A stretch of 63,447 nucleotides of DNA, the filler included. It is 5 parts of 5 records of this genome, joined end to end, with 100 filler letters (N's around TTAATTAATTAA, not from the genome) between each part and the next. Parts side by side here need not be neighbours in the genome. Positions count along the whole stretch, not along the records: positions 48,479 to 57,073 come from DRR378314_2144; positions 57,174 to 63,447 come from DRR378314_2155; 3 more parts are not named here. One strand, 5' to 3'. The translations under genes were made by a program, and so were the position numbers. Of this stretch, positions 51,769-61,452 are shown one piece after another. Position 1 is the first letter of the stretch, and each line of letters starts with the position of its first letter. The notes beneath the pieces are model-generated. The model saw only the letters and a list, made by a program, of their open reading frames with translations. It did no database searches and was not told the DNA's origin.

Positions 51769-53970
51769 GTGAACCAACCCTTTTTCCGCAAGCGGTGGCT
51801 AACGGCCGCAGTTGCTTTGGCTGCCTGCAGCACGTCGGCAGCTGTGCTTGCTCAAAATGCTGAGCAGAACACGCAATTGGATAGCAATGCGCCGAACACA
51901 TTGCCTACAGTACACGTAACGGGTAATAGAATTTCAGGTGCATTACAACCCACTGAGGGATATACCGCCGATACTAGTCTCAGTGCCACCAAGACTGACA
52001 CTCCTCTGATGGAGACAGCCCAGTCAGTATCCGTGGTCACACGCGAGCAGATCGAAGATCAAAGCGCGCAAACGATACAGCAAGCCCTACGCTATAGCCC
52101 TGGTGTGTTCACAGGCACCCGCAATGGCATTGGAGGTCGTGTTGATTTTATCAATATGCGCGGCTTTGGGGGCGTCGGCAGTATCGACAACATCTATTTT
52201 GACGGCCTTAAAATGGCTAGCGATGTTTCTGGCTATAATTCATTACAAATTGATCCCTATTTTCTTGAGCGGATCGATGTGTTCAAGGGGCCGACATCCG
52301 TTTTGTACGGGCAAAGCTACCCTGGTGGCTTGGTTGGGCTGACCAGTAAACGCCCTCTATTTTCATCTAGCCATGAGATCCAACTAGAAACGGGCAGCCA
52401 TAATAAACGTACAGCTCGATTTGACGTCAGTGGCCCCATAGGGGAAAACCAACAGGTCGCCTATCGCCTAGTAGGGCTAGCCAGCGGTTCGGACAGTCAG
52501 TTCGACCATGTAGAGAACGAGCGCTATACCATTGCTCCCTCTTTGACGTTCTTGCCAACCGATGCGACATCATTAACCGTCATGGCCTACCTGCAGCACG
52601 AGCCAAATCGTGGTTACTATGGTTGGACACCAGCCGACGGTACGGTGCGAGATTATAATGGTAGACGGATTGATAATAACTTTTTTGATGGCGAGCCAGA
52701 CGTCAATGGGTTCGAGCGTTATCAACGACTAATAGGTTACCAACTAGAACATCAATTCAACGATCAGTGGCAAGCTCGGCAGAACTTCCGCTTTACCTCT
52801 TCAAATATCGATTATGATTCAATTTATTCCAGTAGTTACGTTGGTGATAGTGATCTGCTAAATCGACGCGCAGCGAGAGCCGATGAATCCATGCACGCCT
52901 ACCATGTAGATAATCAGCTACAGGGGAGTTTTACGACGGGGTCTCTGGAACATACACTACTGGCCGGTGTGGACTACCAGTACCAACGCAACTCGGGGGA
53001 ATGGCAGTTCGGATCAGCGTCTCCCCTGGATGCTTTCAACCCACAGTACGGAAACACACAAATCACATACGCAGCGCCTACTAATTTCATCAACAAGGTG
53101 GAGCAGACTGGGGTTTACTTGCAGGATCAAATCAGCTTCAATCGCTGGCGTTTCAACCTGTCAGGGCGTCAGGATTGGGCTGACACCAGTACCGCCTATA
53201 CCAACTTAGGCATGTCTTCTGAAAGCGACAATGAGAAGTTCACTAGCCGTGCCAGCTTATTGTATGCCTTTGATAACGGTATTTCCCCTTACGTCAGTTA
53301 CTCGGAATCATTTCAAGCAGCATCCGCTACAAGGACTGATGCATCCGGAAACACATTAGATCCGAGTGAGGCCTCTCAGTACGAGACAGGTATCAAGTAT
53401 CAACCACCCGGCAGCAATGACCAGTACACAGCCGCTTTATATCATCTAGAGCAGGAGAATGTTTCCGAAGCCATTCCTAACACATCATTCTATGAGTCTA
53501 TCGGAAAAGTACGTTCGCGCGGCTTAGAACTCTCTGCCATCTTACGTCCCACTGAACAACTTTCATTACTCGCCAACTATACATACACGGACATGGAGTA
53601 CGTCGAGACCAACGATGAAACCCAAGGAAATACTCCTTATGCCGTGCCCCGTCATATGGCCTCTGCGTGGAGCAAATATGAATTCACGAAGGGGGCGTTA
53701 AACGGCCTGGGGATTGGCGCGGGAGTCCGCTACAATGACTCTACATGGGGCGATGAGACCAATACGTTCCAAGTCAGCGGCTATACGCTAGTTGATGCCA
53801 TGTTGGAATATGATCTGGGTGCGTTATCAAGCGACCTTGAGGGCATGGACTTGCAGGTCAATGCCAACAATCTGCTTGATAAAGAGTATACGTCCTCTTG
53901 CTCTAGCTTCAGGATTTGTCATTTTGGCGAAGAGCGCAATGTGACAGCAACCGTCAGCTATCGTTGGTAG
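51769..53970 (+). CDS. TonB-dependent ferric-hydroxamate siderophore receptor (FhuA-like, no N-terminal signalling domain)
   Basis: Signal peptide, TonB box TVHVTG, SATKTDTPLMETAQSVSVV, ERIDVFKGPTSVLYG, NNLLDKEY, terminal aromatic YRW. Confidence 0.95.
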   Translation: MNQPFFRKRWLTAAVALAACSTSAAVLAQNAEQNTQLDSNAPNTLPTVHVTGNRISGALQPTEGYTADTSLSATKTDTPLMETAQSVSVVTREQIEDQSAQTIQQALRYSPGVFTGTRNGIGGRVDFINMRGFGGVGSIDNIYFDGLKMASDVSGYNSLQIDPYFLERIDVFKGPTSVLYGQSYPGGLVGLTSKRPLFSSSHEIQLETGSHNKRTARFDVSGPIGENQQVAYRLVGLASGSDSQFDHVENERYTIAPSLTFLPTDATSLTVMAYLQHEPNRGYYGWTPADGTVRDYNGRRIDNNFFDGEPDVNGFERYQRLIGYQLEHQFNDQWQARQNFRFTSSNIDYDSIYSSSYVGDSDLLNRRAARADESMHAYHVDNQLQGSFTTGSLEHTLLAGVDYQYQRNSGEWQFGSASPLDAFNPQYGNTQITYAAPTNFINKVEQTGVYLQDQISFNRWRFNLSGRQDWADTSTAYTNLGMSSESDNEKFTSRASLLYAFDNGISPYVSYSESFQAASATRTDASGNTLDPSEASQYETGIKYQPPGSNDQYTAALYHLEQENVSEAIPNTSFYESIGKVRSRGLELSAILRPTEQLSLLANYTYTDMEYVETNDETQGNTPYAVPRHMASAWSKYEFTKGALNGLGIGAGVRYNDSTWGDETNTFQVSGYTLVDAMLEYDLGALSSDLEGMDLQVNANNLLDKEYTSSCSSFRICHFGEERNVTATVSYRW

Positions 53971-54025
53971 GTGGCTTGTCCTATTGAGGAATTAAGAAAA
54001 ACAAATTCAGGCTAAAATGAGAAAT

Positions 54026-54062
54026 CGAGGTGCTTTTATACTCATAGGCATCTCGTTTTTTA
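54026..54062 (+). terminator. Rho-independent terminator after the receptor
   Basis: cgaggtgctt...aggcatctcg stem followed by a T-tract. Confidence 0.6.
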
Positions 54063-54142
54063 TTTAAACTCCCCTATTTTAATGACAGATCAAAAACCAA
54101 AGTTTAATTTTTCATCTGTTAGTCAAGGTATACAAAGACGAC

Positions 54143-55015
54143 ATGACATCATCAGCCTATAAAAATCTTATGTTACCAATATTGCTTATATTAATTTTAT
54201 TATCTGCGGCTAACGCTGATGATCAGCAGCGTGATGTTACTTTTGATTATGCGGTGGCAGATACGCTTAGTGCCTTACACCAACCACCCATTGCTTTAGC
54301 AGGCCTAGCACAATACAGGCAATTATACAAAGAACATTTACTTCCTGATACCATTGATCTCGGACTTAGGTTTCAACCCAACCTTGAGTATCTTGCATCA
54401 CTGAAACCTGATGACATAGTGATAGCACCACCAGCCCATCTGAACTTAGAAGACAAACTTTCCCGTATTGCTCATGTAGTAAAAATCCGGCCATTTATGC
54501 AAGGCCTGGATGTTTGGCTAAGCCTTGAACAATTGACCAGGGAGGTGGGGGAGCTGAATGGCGGGCAACAGCAGGCCGAAGCATTCATTGACTCTGTTGA
54601 AGCCAGAATGTCAGCGATTGCGGCACAGATTGGGAGGCCTGCAGAAACTCTACTGATTATCGAAATCCGAGACAACCAGCATGTGCGTGTCTATGGGCCA
54701 GGGAGCCTGGAAGATGCAGCTTTGACACGGCTTGGATTTGAAAATGCTTGGCAGGGGCCTACTAATAACTGGGGGTTCAGTACTCTTTCAGTTCGTGAAG
54801 CATTTGCACTAACAGGTCAAATCGTTGTTCTCCAGCCAGCTTATTCTCAAGACATATCTGGTTCAACATTACCAAAGTCAGGGCTATGGCAGCATTGGCT
54901 AGATGATACGTCGGTAAGTATGGAAAGAAACTATTGGCCATGGGGAGGCTTTCCTTCCATGCTCCGCTTTGCTGAATCTCTCCAAGAAGCACTACAAGCA
55001 GATACCCAAACTTAA
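54143..55015 (+). CDS. Periplasmic ferric-siderophore binding protein (FhuD-like)
   Basis: Signal peptide; DLGLRFQPNLEYLASLKPD, LGFENAWQGPTNNWGF, WPWGGFPS. Confidence 0.85.
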   Translation: MTSSAYKNLMLPILLILILLSAANADDQQRDVTFDYAVADTLSALHQPPIALAGLAQYRQLYKEHLLPDTIDLGLRFQPNLEYLASLKPDDIVIAPPAHLNLEDKLSRIAHVVKIRPFMQGLDVWLSLEQLTREVGELNGGQQQAEAFIDSVEARMSAIAAQIGRPAETLLIIEIRDNQHVRVYGPGSLEDAALTRLGFENAWQGPTNNWGFSTLSVREAFALTGQIVVLQPAYSQDISGSTLPKSGLWQHWLDDTSVSMERNYWPWGGFPSMLRFAESLQEALQADTQT

Positions 55016-55019
55016 TCAA

Positions 55020-55045
55020 AGCGCGCTAAGCGTTCCTAGCGCGCT
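55020..55045. terminator. Hairpin between the convergent FhuD-like and NRPS genes
   Basis: agcgcgcta-agcgttcc-tagcgcgct. Confidence 0.65.
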
Positions 55046-55089
55046 ACTGAAACCACCTTAAGAGTTATAAACTCAAAAAATTATATTAT

Positions 55090-57073
55090 TCAAAATAGGT
55101 TTTTCTCCACTTCGTACGAGTGTTGCCCAGCACTAACTCCTAACCGCTTCTCCAGCTGAGAGAGCAAGGCACTATCAGTAATGATTGAGAAATGATCATT
55201 GAGAGTCTCAATTGAGGTTTTCGGGACGCTATTCAACTGATTCGCCAGTGCCTGCTGTTCTTCCCAAGCTCTTCCCGCTTCCCACCAACAGTCCACTTCA
55301 CAGTTTAACGCTGGCAAGGTATCAAGCTGCTGTGAAAGCAATTTCAGATAACGCGCCACACAAAATATCCGAGCAAGTGCTTCACTACCCAGTGCAGCAT
55401 AACCCTCGCGACCATGTATATCGGATGATGCTATTGATCTCTCCAACTTAATGGCAATTTCTTCCTCACTCGGCTCTTTCGTGCCCTCTTCATTACTTTC
55501 GAATGCTTCAAGCGAAGCACCTGGCAGTATGACCGATGAGAAACTAACAAGATCTCGCTGCCAGCTATCCTCACTATGCAGACCACCGCCCGGTATATAG
55601 GGATCTATCAAAGCCAGTTGACTCACATCTTGCCCGAGCCCTTCAAGTCGAGCCGCGATCATCGCAGCCAATGCCCCGCCAAGAGACCATCCTAATAGCC
55701 GATAGGGGCCCACAGGCTGTATGCGACGTATTGTCTCCACATAGTCATCAGCCATTGCTTCAAGTGAGGAATCTCGATGCTGTGGATCGGTCAACATTCG
55801 GCTTGGCAGACCGTAAACCGTGCATACTCCGTGCAAGCGCCGGGCTAACGGCTGATAATCAAAAACTGTTCCCATTACGGCATGGATGCAGAACAGCGGT
55901 GGCTGATTAGCACACTCGCCATTTAACATGATAGTCCCTTTGGGCAGCGCCTCAGTGTTTTTCCTCACTCCCAGCAGATCAGCAATGGTCGGTTTCTGCA
56001 TTAGGTCAAATAGCTTAAAGTTAAGCTGTGGTTCCTCTAAAACTTGTACTCGGCTCATCACTTGTAGGCTCAACAGAGAGTCTCCACCCAGCTCGAAGAA
56101 GTTGTCGGTCTCGCCGATCCGTTTAATGCCAAGCACTTCTTGCCATATCTCGGCGAGCTTTCGGGCTGCCCACGTCGAGGGAGCGACATACTTGCGGCCT
56201 TCCTCAACATTAGGTTCAGGTAGTGCCTTGCGCTCCACTTTGCCGTTGGCATTTAGCGGCAGTGAATCGAGCATGATCACGACTCCTGGCACCATATAGT
56301 CAGGCAATCGTTGACCCAAACGCTCGCGTAGTATGGTGGTGTCGAGTTCAATGCCGACTTGGGGAACTACGTATGCCACTAGTCTCGAACCATTTAGGCC
56401 CTCTTGGGCGACCACAACCGTCTCACGAACCTCTGGCTGAGATAACAGTTCAGCTTCAATTTCTCCTAGCTCAATACGCAGGCCGCGGATTTTCACTTGG
56501 TGATCAAGGCGGCCCAGGTACTCGAGCTGGCCATCCTCCCGCCAGCGAACCAGATCGCCGGTGCGGTAAAGGCGTTCGCCTGCAGCAAATGGGTCGGCAA
56601 CAAAGCGCTCCGCTGTTAAATCACTTCGATTGAGATATCCACGGGCCAGACTTACCCCGCCCAGGTATAACTCACCCGCTACACCCTGTGGGACGAGAGT
56701 GAGCTCATCATCTAATACATAGGTGCGGGTGCCACTGATGGGACGTCCAATGGGTATTTGACGTTGAGTGTCACCACGACACCACCAGTGAGTGACATGA
56801 ATGGTAGTTTCGGTAGGGCCATAGAGATCGTGAAGGTTGGCACCACCCAGACACTCAGCCACATCCTTCTGTAGCGTGGCTGGAACGGCCTCGCCACCAC
56901 ACATAATATGCTTGAGGCGAGTTTTGGTCTTAACATCGGGATAGGTCAGGAAGGCCTTTAACATTGAGGGCACAAAATTGAGCGTGGTGACGCCGTGCCG
57001 CTGGATCAGCTCGATGATGCGCTCTGGATCCCGATGATCGCCCGGTTGGGCAATCACCAAACGTGCCCCGACA
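55090..57073 (-). CDS. Non-ribosomal peptide synthetase, terminal module (partial A - PCP - thioesterase), 5'-truncated
   Basis: [60 protein letters not shown] and DHF. Confidence 0.95.
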
Positions 57074-57173
57074 NNNNNNNNNNNNNNNNNNNNNNNNNNN
57101 NNNNNNNNNNNNNNNNNTTAATTAATTAANNNNNNNNNNNNNNNNNNNNNNNNNNNNNNNNNNNNNNNNNNNN
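57074..57173. other. Artificial contig spacer
   Basis: N-run/TTAATTAATTAA/N-run. Confidence 0.99.
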
Positions 57174-57527
57174 GAAATGCTTCTCTTTCGAGAACATGTG
57201 CATTGAGCCGCCCTTGCCTTTGGACAGACCGCCTTCGCGCCCGGTCAGTTCGGCCATCACGCCGCCGGGCTCCATGCCGCAGGCCAACATGTGACCGTGG
57301 TCGCGGTAAGAGGTAATCCGCTTGTCGCCTTCCTTGGCTGCGGCTTCAAGGCCCACAACGACGGCTTCCTGCCCGATGTATAGGTGGCAGAACCCACCGA
57401 TCAGACCCATGCCATAGAGTTGACCGGCCTTTTCTTCGAATCGGCGGATCAGTAGCATTTCGCGGTAATAGGCTTTAAGCTCTTCCGCAGAAACATTTGG
57501 TTTCTTTGTGGTTTTTCGCGCAGCCAT
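57174..57527 (-). CDS. pdhA: Pyruvate dehydrogenase E1 alpha subunit, 3'-truncated
   Basis: MLLIRRFEEKAGQLYGMGLIGGFCHLYIGQEA, YRDHGH, GKGGSMH. Confidence 0.96.
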
Positions 57528-57551
57528 TGTGGCGATCTCCCCCTCTCGGAC

Positions 57552-57575
57552 AGATAGTTTAGCGTTAAACTATCT
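57552..57575. promoter_or_regulatory. Perfect AT-rich inverted repeat upstream of pdhA, candidate repressor operator
   Basis: AGATAGTTTA-GCGT-TAAACTATCT, 24 nt upstream of the pdhA ATG. Confidence 0.65.
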
Positions 57576-57711
57576 CATAAAGCATTTCACGCGCTCTGGC
57601 GAGTGCAAATGTGACGCGGGGGCAGGGTGCCTTCGGTTCGGCTGAGGGAAGTCTTCGAAGATGATATTACGCGGGAGATTTTTCGGCGAAAAATCTTGTC
57701 CCTAGCGGCAA

Positions 57712-58011
57712 TCAGCGAATGACAATCTCATCCGCGCGGATCATGCCGAGGACCGAGCGCGCTTGCTGGTCCAGCAGATCTAGGTCCAGATAGGTATCCG
57801 ACAGACGACGGGTCAGGTTCTCCATCTGTGCGATCTGATCACTGAGCTGAGTCATATCCCGAGCCAGGGCGTCACGTTCGGCCGCGATTTCCACTCGGCG
57901 GAACAGACCGTAGTCCCCCTGCACGGCGGCAAAGGTGAAATAGACCCCCAGCATGAAGGCAACCGAGAAGAACATGAAGGCCCCAAGACCGGGCCGATGG
58001 GAACGGGTCAC
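57712..58011 (-). CDS. ftsB: Septum formation initiator (FtsB/DivIC family)
   Basis: Single TM, QGDYGL, coiled coil, LDLDLLDQQARSVLG; GTG 58011 start gives 99 aa. Confidence 0.85.
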   Translation of the reverse strand: MTRSHRPGLGAFMFFSVAFMLGVYFTFAAVQGDYGLFRRVEIAAERDALARDMTQLSDQIAQMENLTRRLSDTYLDLDLLDQQARSVLGMIRADEIVIR

Positions 58012-58143
58012 TGTGTCAACCGCCGTATAACAAACTGCCTCAGAAACGCACCCTTTGCGGATGTCTGAACGCACTATGTCACAGGTGATTCGGCTTGTGA
58101 ATCCCCTCATGTGTAAAAAAGCTAATGCCTGAGGATTGGGCGT

Positions 58144-59334
58144 TTACTGGTCCAGTGCAGCCACGCCCGGCAAGGTCTTTCCCTCCATCCACTCCAGGAA
58201 GGCTCCGCCTGCGGTAGAGATGTAAGAGAAATCCGTTGCCGCACCGGATGCGTTCAGTGCGGCCACGGTGTCGCCCCCTCCCGCGACTGAGGTCAGCTTG
58301 CCCTCGCGGGTCAAGGTCGCGGCTTTTAGGGCAGCAGCGTTGGTGGCAGTATCGAACGGGGTCAACTCGAACGCGCCCAGAGGGCCGTTCCAGATCAGGG
58401 TCTGGCTTTTCTCCAGCACTTCGGACACGGCTACGACGCTGTCAGGACCGGCGTCCAGGATCATGGCGTCCGCTGGGCATTGATCTGCAGGCAGGACCTG
58501 ATTTGGCGCGTTGGCCTCAAATGCTTCGGCCACCACGATGTCACGTGGCAAAACAATTGTGCAGCCTGTGGTTTTGGCCTTGCTCATTATCTCGATGGCG
58601 GTGTCGGTCATGGCGTGTTCCGCCAGCGATTTACCGACATCCAGCCCCTGCGCCACAAGGAAGGTATTTGCCATGCCGCCACCGATCACCAGATAATCAA
58701 CCTTTTCGATCAGGTTGCTCAGCAGGTCCAGCTTGGTCGACACTTTGGCACCCCCAACGACCGCAGTAACAGGCCGCTTGGGCGCACCCAATGCAGCCTC
58801 AAGCGCGCTGAGTTCCTGTTGCATCAGACGACCGGCACAGGCGGGCAGCAAACGGGCAAGCGCCTCGGTCGAGCTGTGGGCGCGGTGCGCGGCTGAGAAC
58901 GCATCATTGCAATAGACATCACCCAGTTTTGCCATGCCTTCGGCAAGGGCCAGGTCGTTCTTGGTTTCTTCGGCATGGAACCGGGTGTTTTCCAACAGCA
59001 ATACTTCGCCGTCACCTAGCGAGGCGGCAGCAGCTTCGGCCTCTGGTCCAACGCAATCATCGGCGAAACGGACCGGCGTGTCGAATGCAGCCTCAAGCGC
59101 GGGCACGAGTTGTTTCAGCGACATCTCGGCAACACGCTCACCCTTGGGGCGGCCGAAATGGGCCAGCAGGATCGGTTTGCCACCTGCGTCCAGAATGTAT
59201 CGTACGGTGGGCACGATGCGCTGAATGCGGGTGTCGTCTGTCACGACACCATCCGCAACGGGTACGTTGATATCCACACGCACCAGAACCCGTTTGCCGT
59301 TCAGATCCATATCGTCCAGAGATTTCCAGCCCAT
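58144..59334 (-). CDS. pgk: Phosphoglycerate kinase
   Basis: [59 protein letters not shown]. Confidence 0.98.
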   Translation of the reverse strand: MGWKSLDDMDLNGKRVLVRVDINVPVADGVVTDDTRIQRIVPTVRYILDAGGKPILLAHFGRPKGERVAEMSLKQLVPALEAAFDTPVRFADDCVGPEAEAAAASLGDGEVLLLENTRFHAEETKNDLALAEGMAKLGDVYCNDAFSAAHRAHSSTEALARLLPACAGRLMQQELSALEAALGAPKRPVTAVVGGAKVSTKLDLLSNLIEKVDYLVIGGGMANTFLVAQGLDVGKSLAEHAMTDTAIEIMSKAKTTGCTIVLPRDIVVAEAFEANAPNQVLPADQCPADAMILDAGPDSVVAVSEVLEKSQTLIWNGPLGAFELTPFDTATNAAALKAATLTREGKLTSVAGGGDTVAALNASGAATDFSYISTAGGAFLEWMEGKTLPGVAALDQ

Positions 59335-59470
59335 CGTGTCTATCCTTGCCCATTGCATCCAGTTTCAGGCGGTTCTTTTCCTGCATTTTGCCTTCAGGTC
59401 AATGCGTCACTTGGCATTCGCGCGCCCGCGTCATAGGTATTTGCGCAAGTTTCAAAGACAGGAGGGCCAG

Positions 59471-59977
59471 ATGGCCGAGATCAAAGACCCCGAAAACACG
59501 ATCATCATCGAGCTGAAAGACGGCAATGTCGTCATCGAACTTCTGCCCGATGTGGCCCCTCAGCACTCGGCCCGCATGAAAGAGCTGGCGCGCGGTGGTG
59601 AGTATGACAACGTCGCCTTCCACCGTGTGATCGACGGGTTCATGGCGCAGACCGGCGATGTGCAGCATGGCGACATGGAAGACGGGTTCAACATTCGTAT
59701 GGCGGGCACGGGGGGGTCGTCACTGCCGAACGTTCCGGCAGAATTTTCAAAACTGCCTCATGATCGTGGCACATTGGGTGCTGCGCGCTCGGCCAGTCCG
59801 GATTCGGCCAACTCGCAGTTTTTCATCAACTTCGGTGACAACCATTTCCTGAACGGCCAGTACACCGTGTATGGGCGCGTTATCGACGGGATGGAGCATG
59901 TGGATGCCATTGTTCGCGGTGAGCCGCCAGCAAGCCCGGACCGCATGATCAGCGTTAAGGTGGCTGCCGATGCATAA
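59471..59977 (+). CDS. Cyclophilin-type peptidyl-prolyl isomerase (cytoplasmic)
   Basis: GGAGG RBS then ATG 59471; FHRVIDGFMAQTGD, SANSQFFI, FLNGQYTVYG. Confidence 0.93.
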   Translation: MAEIKDPENTIIIELKDGNVVIELLPDVAPQHSARMKELARGGEYDNVAFHRVIDGFMAQTGDVQHGDMEDGFNIRMAGTGGSSLPNVPAEFSKLPHDRGTLGAARSASPDSANSQFFINFGDNHFLNGQYTVYGRVIDGMEHVDAIVRGEPPASPDRMISVKVAADA

Positions 59978-60518
59978 GCTGGCTGCTGTTTTTGCCCTGC
60001 TGGCCAGCCCGGCGCTGGCCACTGGTCTGGAAATTGAGATTGAAGGCGAGGGGGCCAATGGCACCGTCACCGTTGATCTATTTGAAGACATCGCACCCAA
60101 GCATGTTGAGCAGATCACCGCGCTGGCGGCTGCCGGGCAGTATGATGGTGTGGTGTTCCATCGCGTGATCGATGGGTTCATGGCACAGACCGGCGATGTT
60201 GAGTTCGGCCGCCTGGGCTCGGACATGCGTCGCGCGGGCACCGGTGGATCGGATCGCCCCGATCTGCCTGCCGAATTCTCGGACTACAACTATGACCGGG
60301 GCGTTGTTGGCATGGCGCGGGCACAGGACCCCGACAGCGCGAACTCGCAGTTTTTCATCATGTTCGAGCCCGGTCCGTTCTTGAACGGCCAGTACACAGT
60401 CGTTGGTCAGGTGACCGACGGGATGGATGTGGTTGATGCGATCAAGCGCGGTGATGGCCCCAATGGCGCAGTGGTCGGACAGCCTGATGCGATGAAAAAG
60501 GTCACTGTGACCGAATAA
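59970..60518 (+). CDS. Cyclophilin-type peptidyl-prolyl isomerase (signal peptide, periplasmic)
   Basis: MHKLAAVFALLASPALA signal; same catalytic motifs as the upstream paralogue. Confidence 0.93.
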   Translation: MHKLAAVFALLASPALATGLEIEIEGEGANGTVTVDLFEDIAPKHVEQITALAAAGQYDGVVFHRVIDGFMAQTGDVEFGRLGSDMRRAGTGGSDRPDLPAEFSDYNYDRGVVGMARAQDPDSANSQFFIMFEPGPFLNGQYTVVGQVTDGMDVVDAIKRGDGPNGAVVGQPDAMKKVTVTE

Positions 60519-60520
60519 AC

Positions 60521-60556
60521 GAAAGCCCCGGCGCGCAGTTGCGAGCCGGGGCTTTC
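60521..60556. terminator. Bidirectional terminator
   Basis: gaaagccccggc...gccggggctttc. Confidence 0.8.
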
Positions 60557-60569
60557 TAAGGCGGTTGGA

Positions 60570-61259
60570 TCAGTCGTCTGACGACATGGCCCGCCAGATC
60601 AGCGCACCAATCGCGCCGCCGATCAGGGGTGCCACCCAGAACAACCAAAGCTGCGCCAGCGCCGGACCATCAGCAAACAGAGCTACACCGGTCGAGCGGG
60701 CAGGGTTCACGGATGTGTTCGTCACCGGGATCGAGATCAGGTGGATCAACGTAAGCCCCAGCCCGATGGCAATCGGGGCAAACCCGGCAGGCGCTCCGTT
60801 AGATGTGGCTCCAAGAATGATCACGATGAAGAACGCCGTCATGACGATTTCGATCACAAGGGCCGACATCATCGAATACCCTTCGGGAGAGGCCTCACCA
60901 TATCCGTTCGAGGCAAATCCTCCGACACCTTCGAAGCCGGGCGCCCCGCTGACAATCAGATACAGAACGGCTGCGGCTGCGATGGCGCCTGTTACCTGAG
61001 CGATCCAATAGGGGATCAGATCTTTGGCGTCGAACCGCCCGCCGATCATCAGTCCAAGGCTGACCGCCGGGTTGAAATGCCCGCCCGAGATATGCCCGAC
61101 CGCGTAGGCCATGGTCAGAACAGTCAGGCCGAAAGCGAAAGATACGCCCAACCATCCGATGCCCACATCGGCCACACCTGCAGCCAGAACCGCACTGCCG
61201 CAGCCGCCGAGTACAAGCCAGAAGGTGCCAAAGAATTCGGCCATGAGTTTTGATGACAT
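60570..61259 (-). CDS. aqpZ: Aquaporin Z
   Basis: [42 protein letters not shown] before ATG 61259. Confidence 0.96.
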   Translation of the reverse strand: MSSKLMAEFFGTFWLVLGGCGSAVLAAGVADVGIGWLGVSFAFGLTVLTMAYAVGHISGGHFNPAVSLGLMIGGRFDAKDLIPYWIAQVTGAIAAAAVLYLIVSGAPGFEGVGGFASNGYGEASPEGYSMMSALVIEIVMTAFFIVIILGATSNGAPAGFAPIAIGLGLTLIHLISIPVTNTSVNPARSTGVALFADGPALAQLWLFWVAPLIGGAIGALIWRAMSSDD

Positions 61260-61452
61260 GAAAAGTCCTCCGAAAAACAATGGCTTTCAGTGTAATTCAA
61301 AAATCGCTTTTTGTGAAACTGGTGGCTCAGGGGAATTTTACAGAGAGCGCATCAATAAGCTGCAGTTGTGTTGCGGGTTTTGACGATTGATTGGCAGATT
61401 GCGATGGTTGGCTCCGGGCCCAGACTGACGAACGCTGTAGGCGGAATGGTCA

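Noticed and set aside
59471..60518. Tandem cyclophilins as a novel duplication
   Set aside because: A cytoplasmic plus periplasmic cyclophilin pair is an ordinary alphaproteobacterial arrangement
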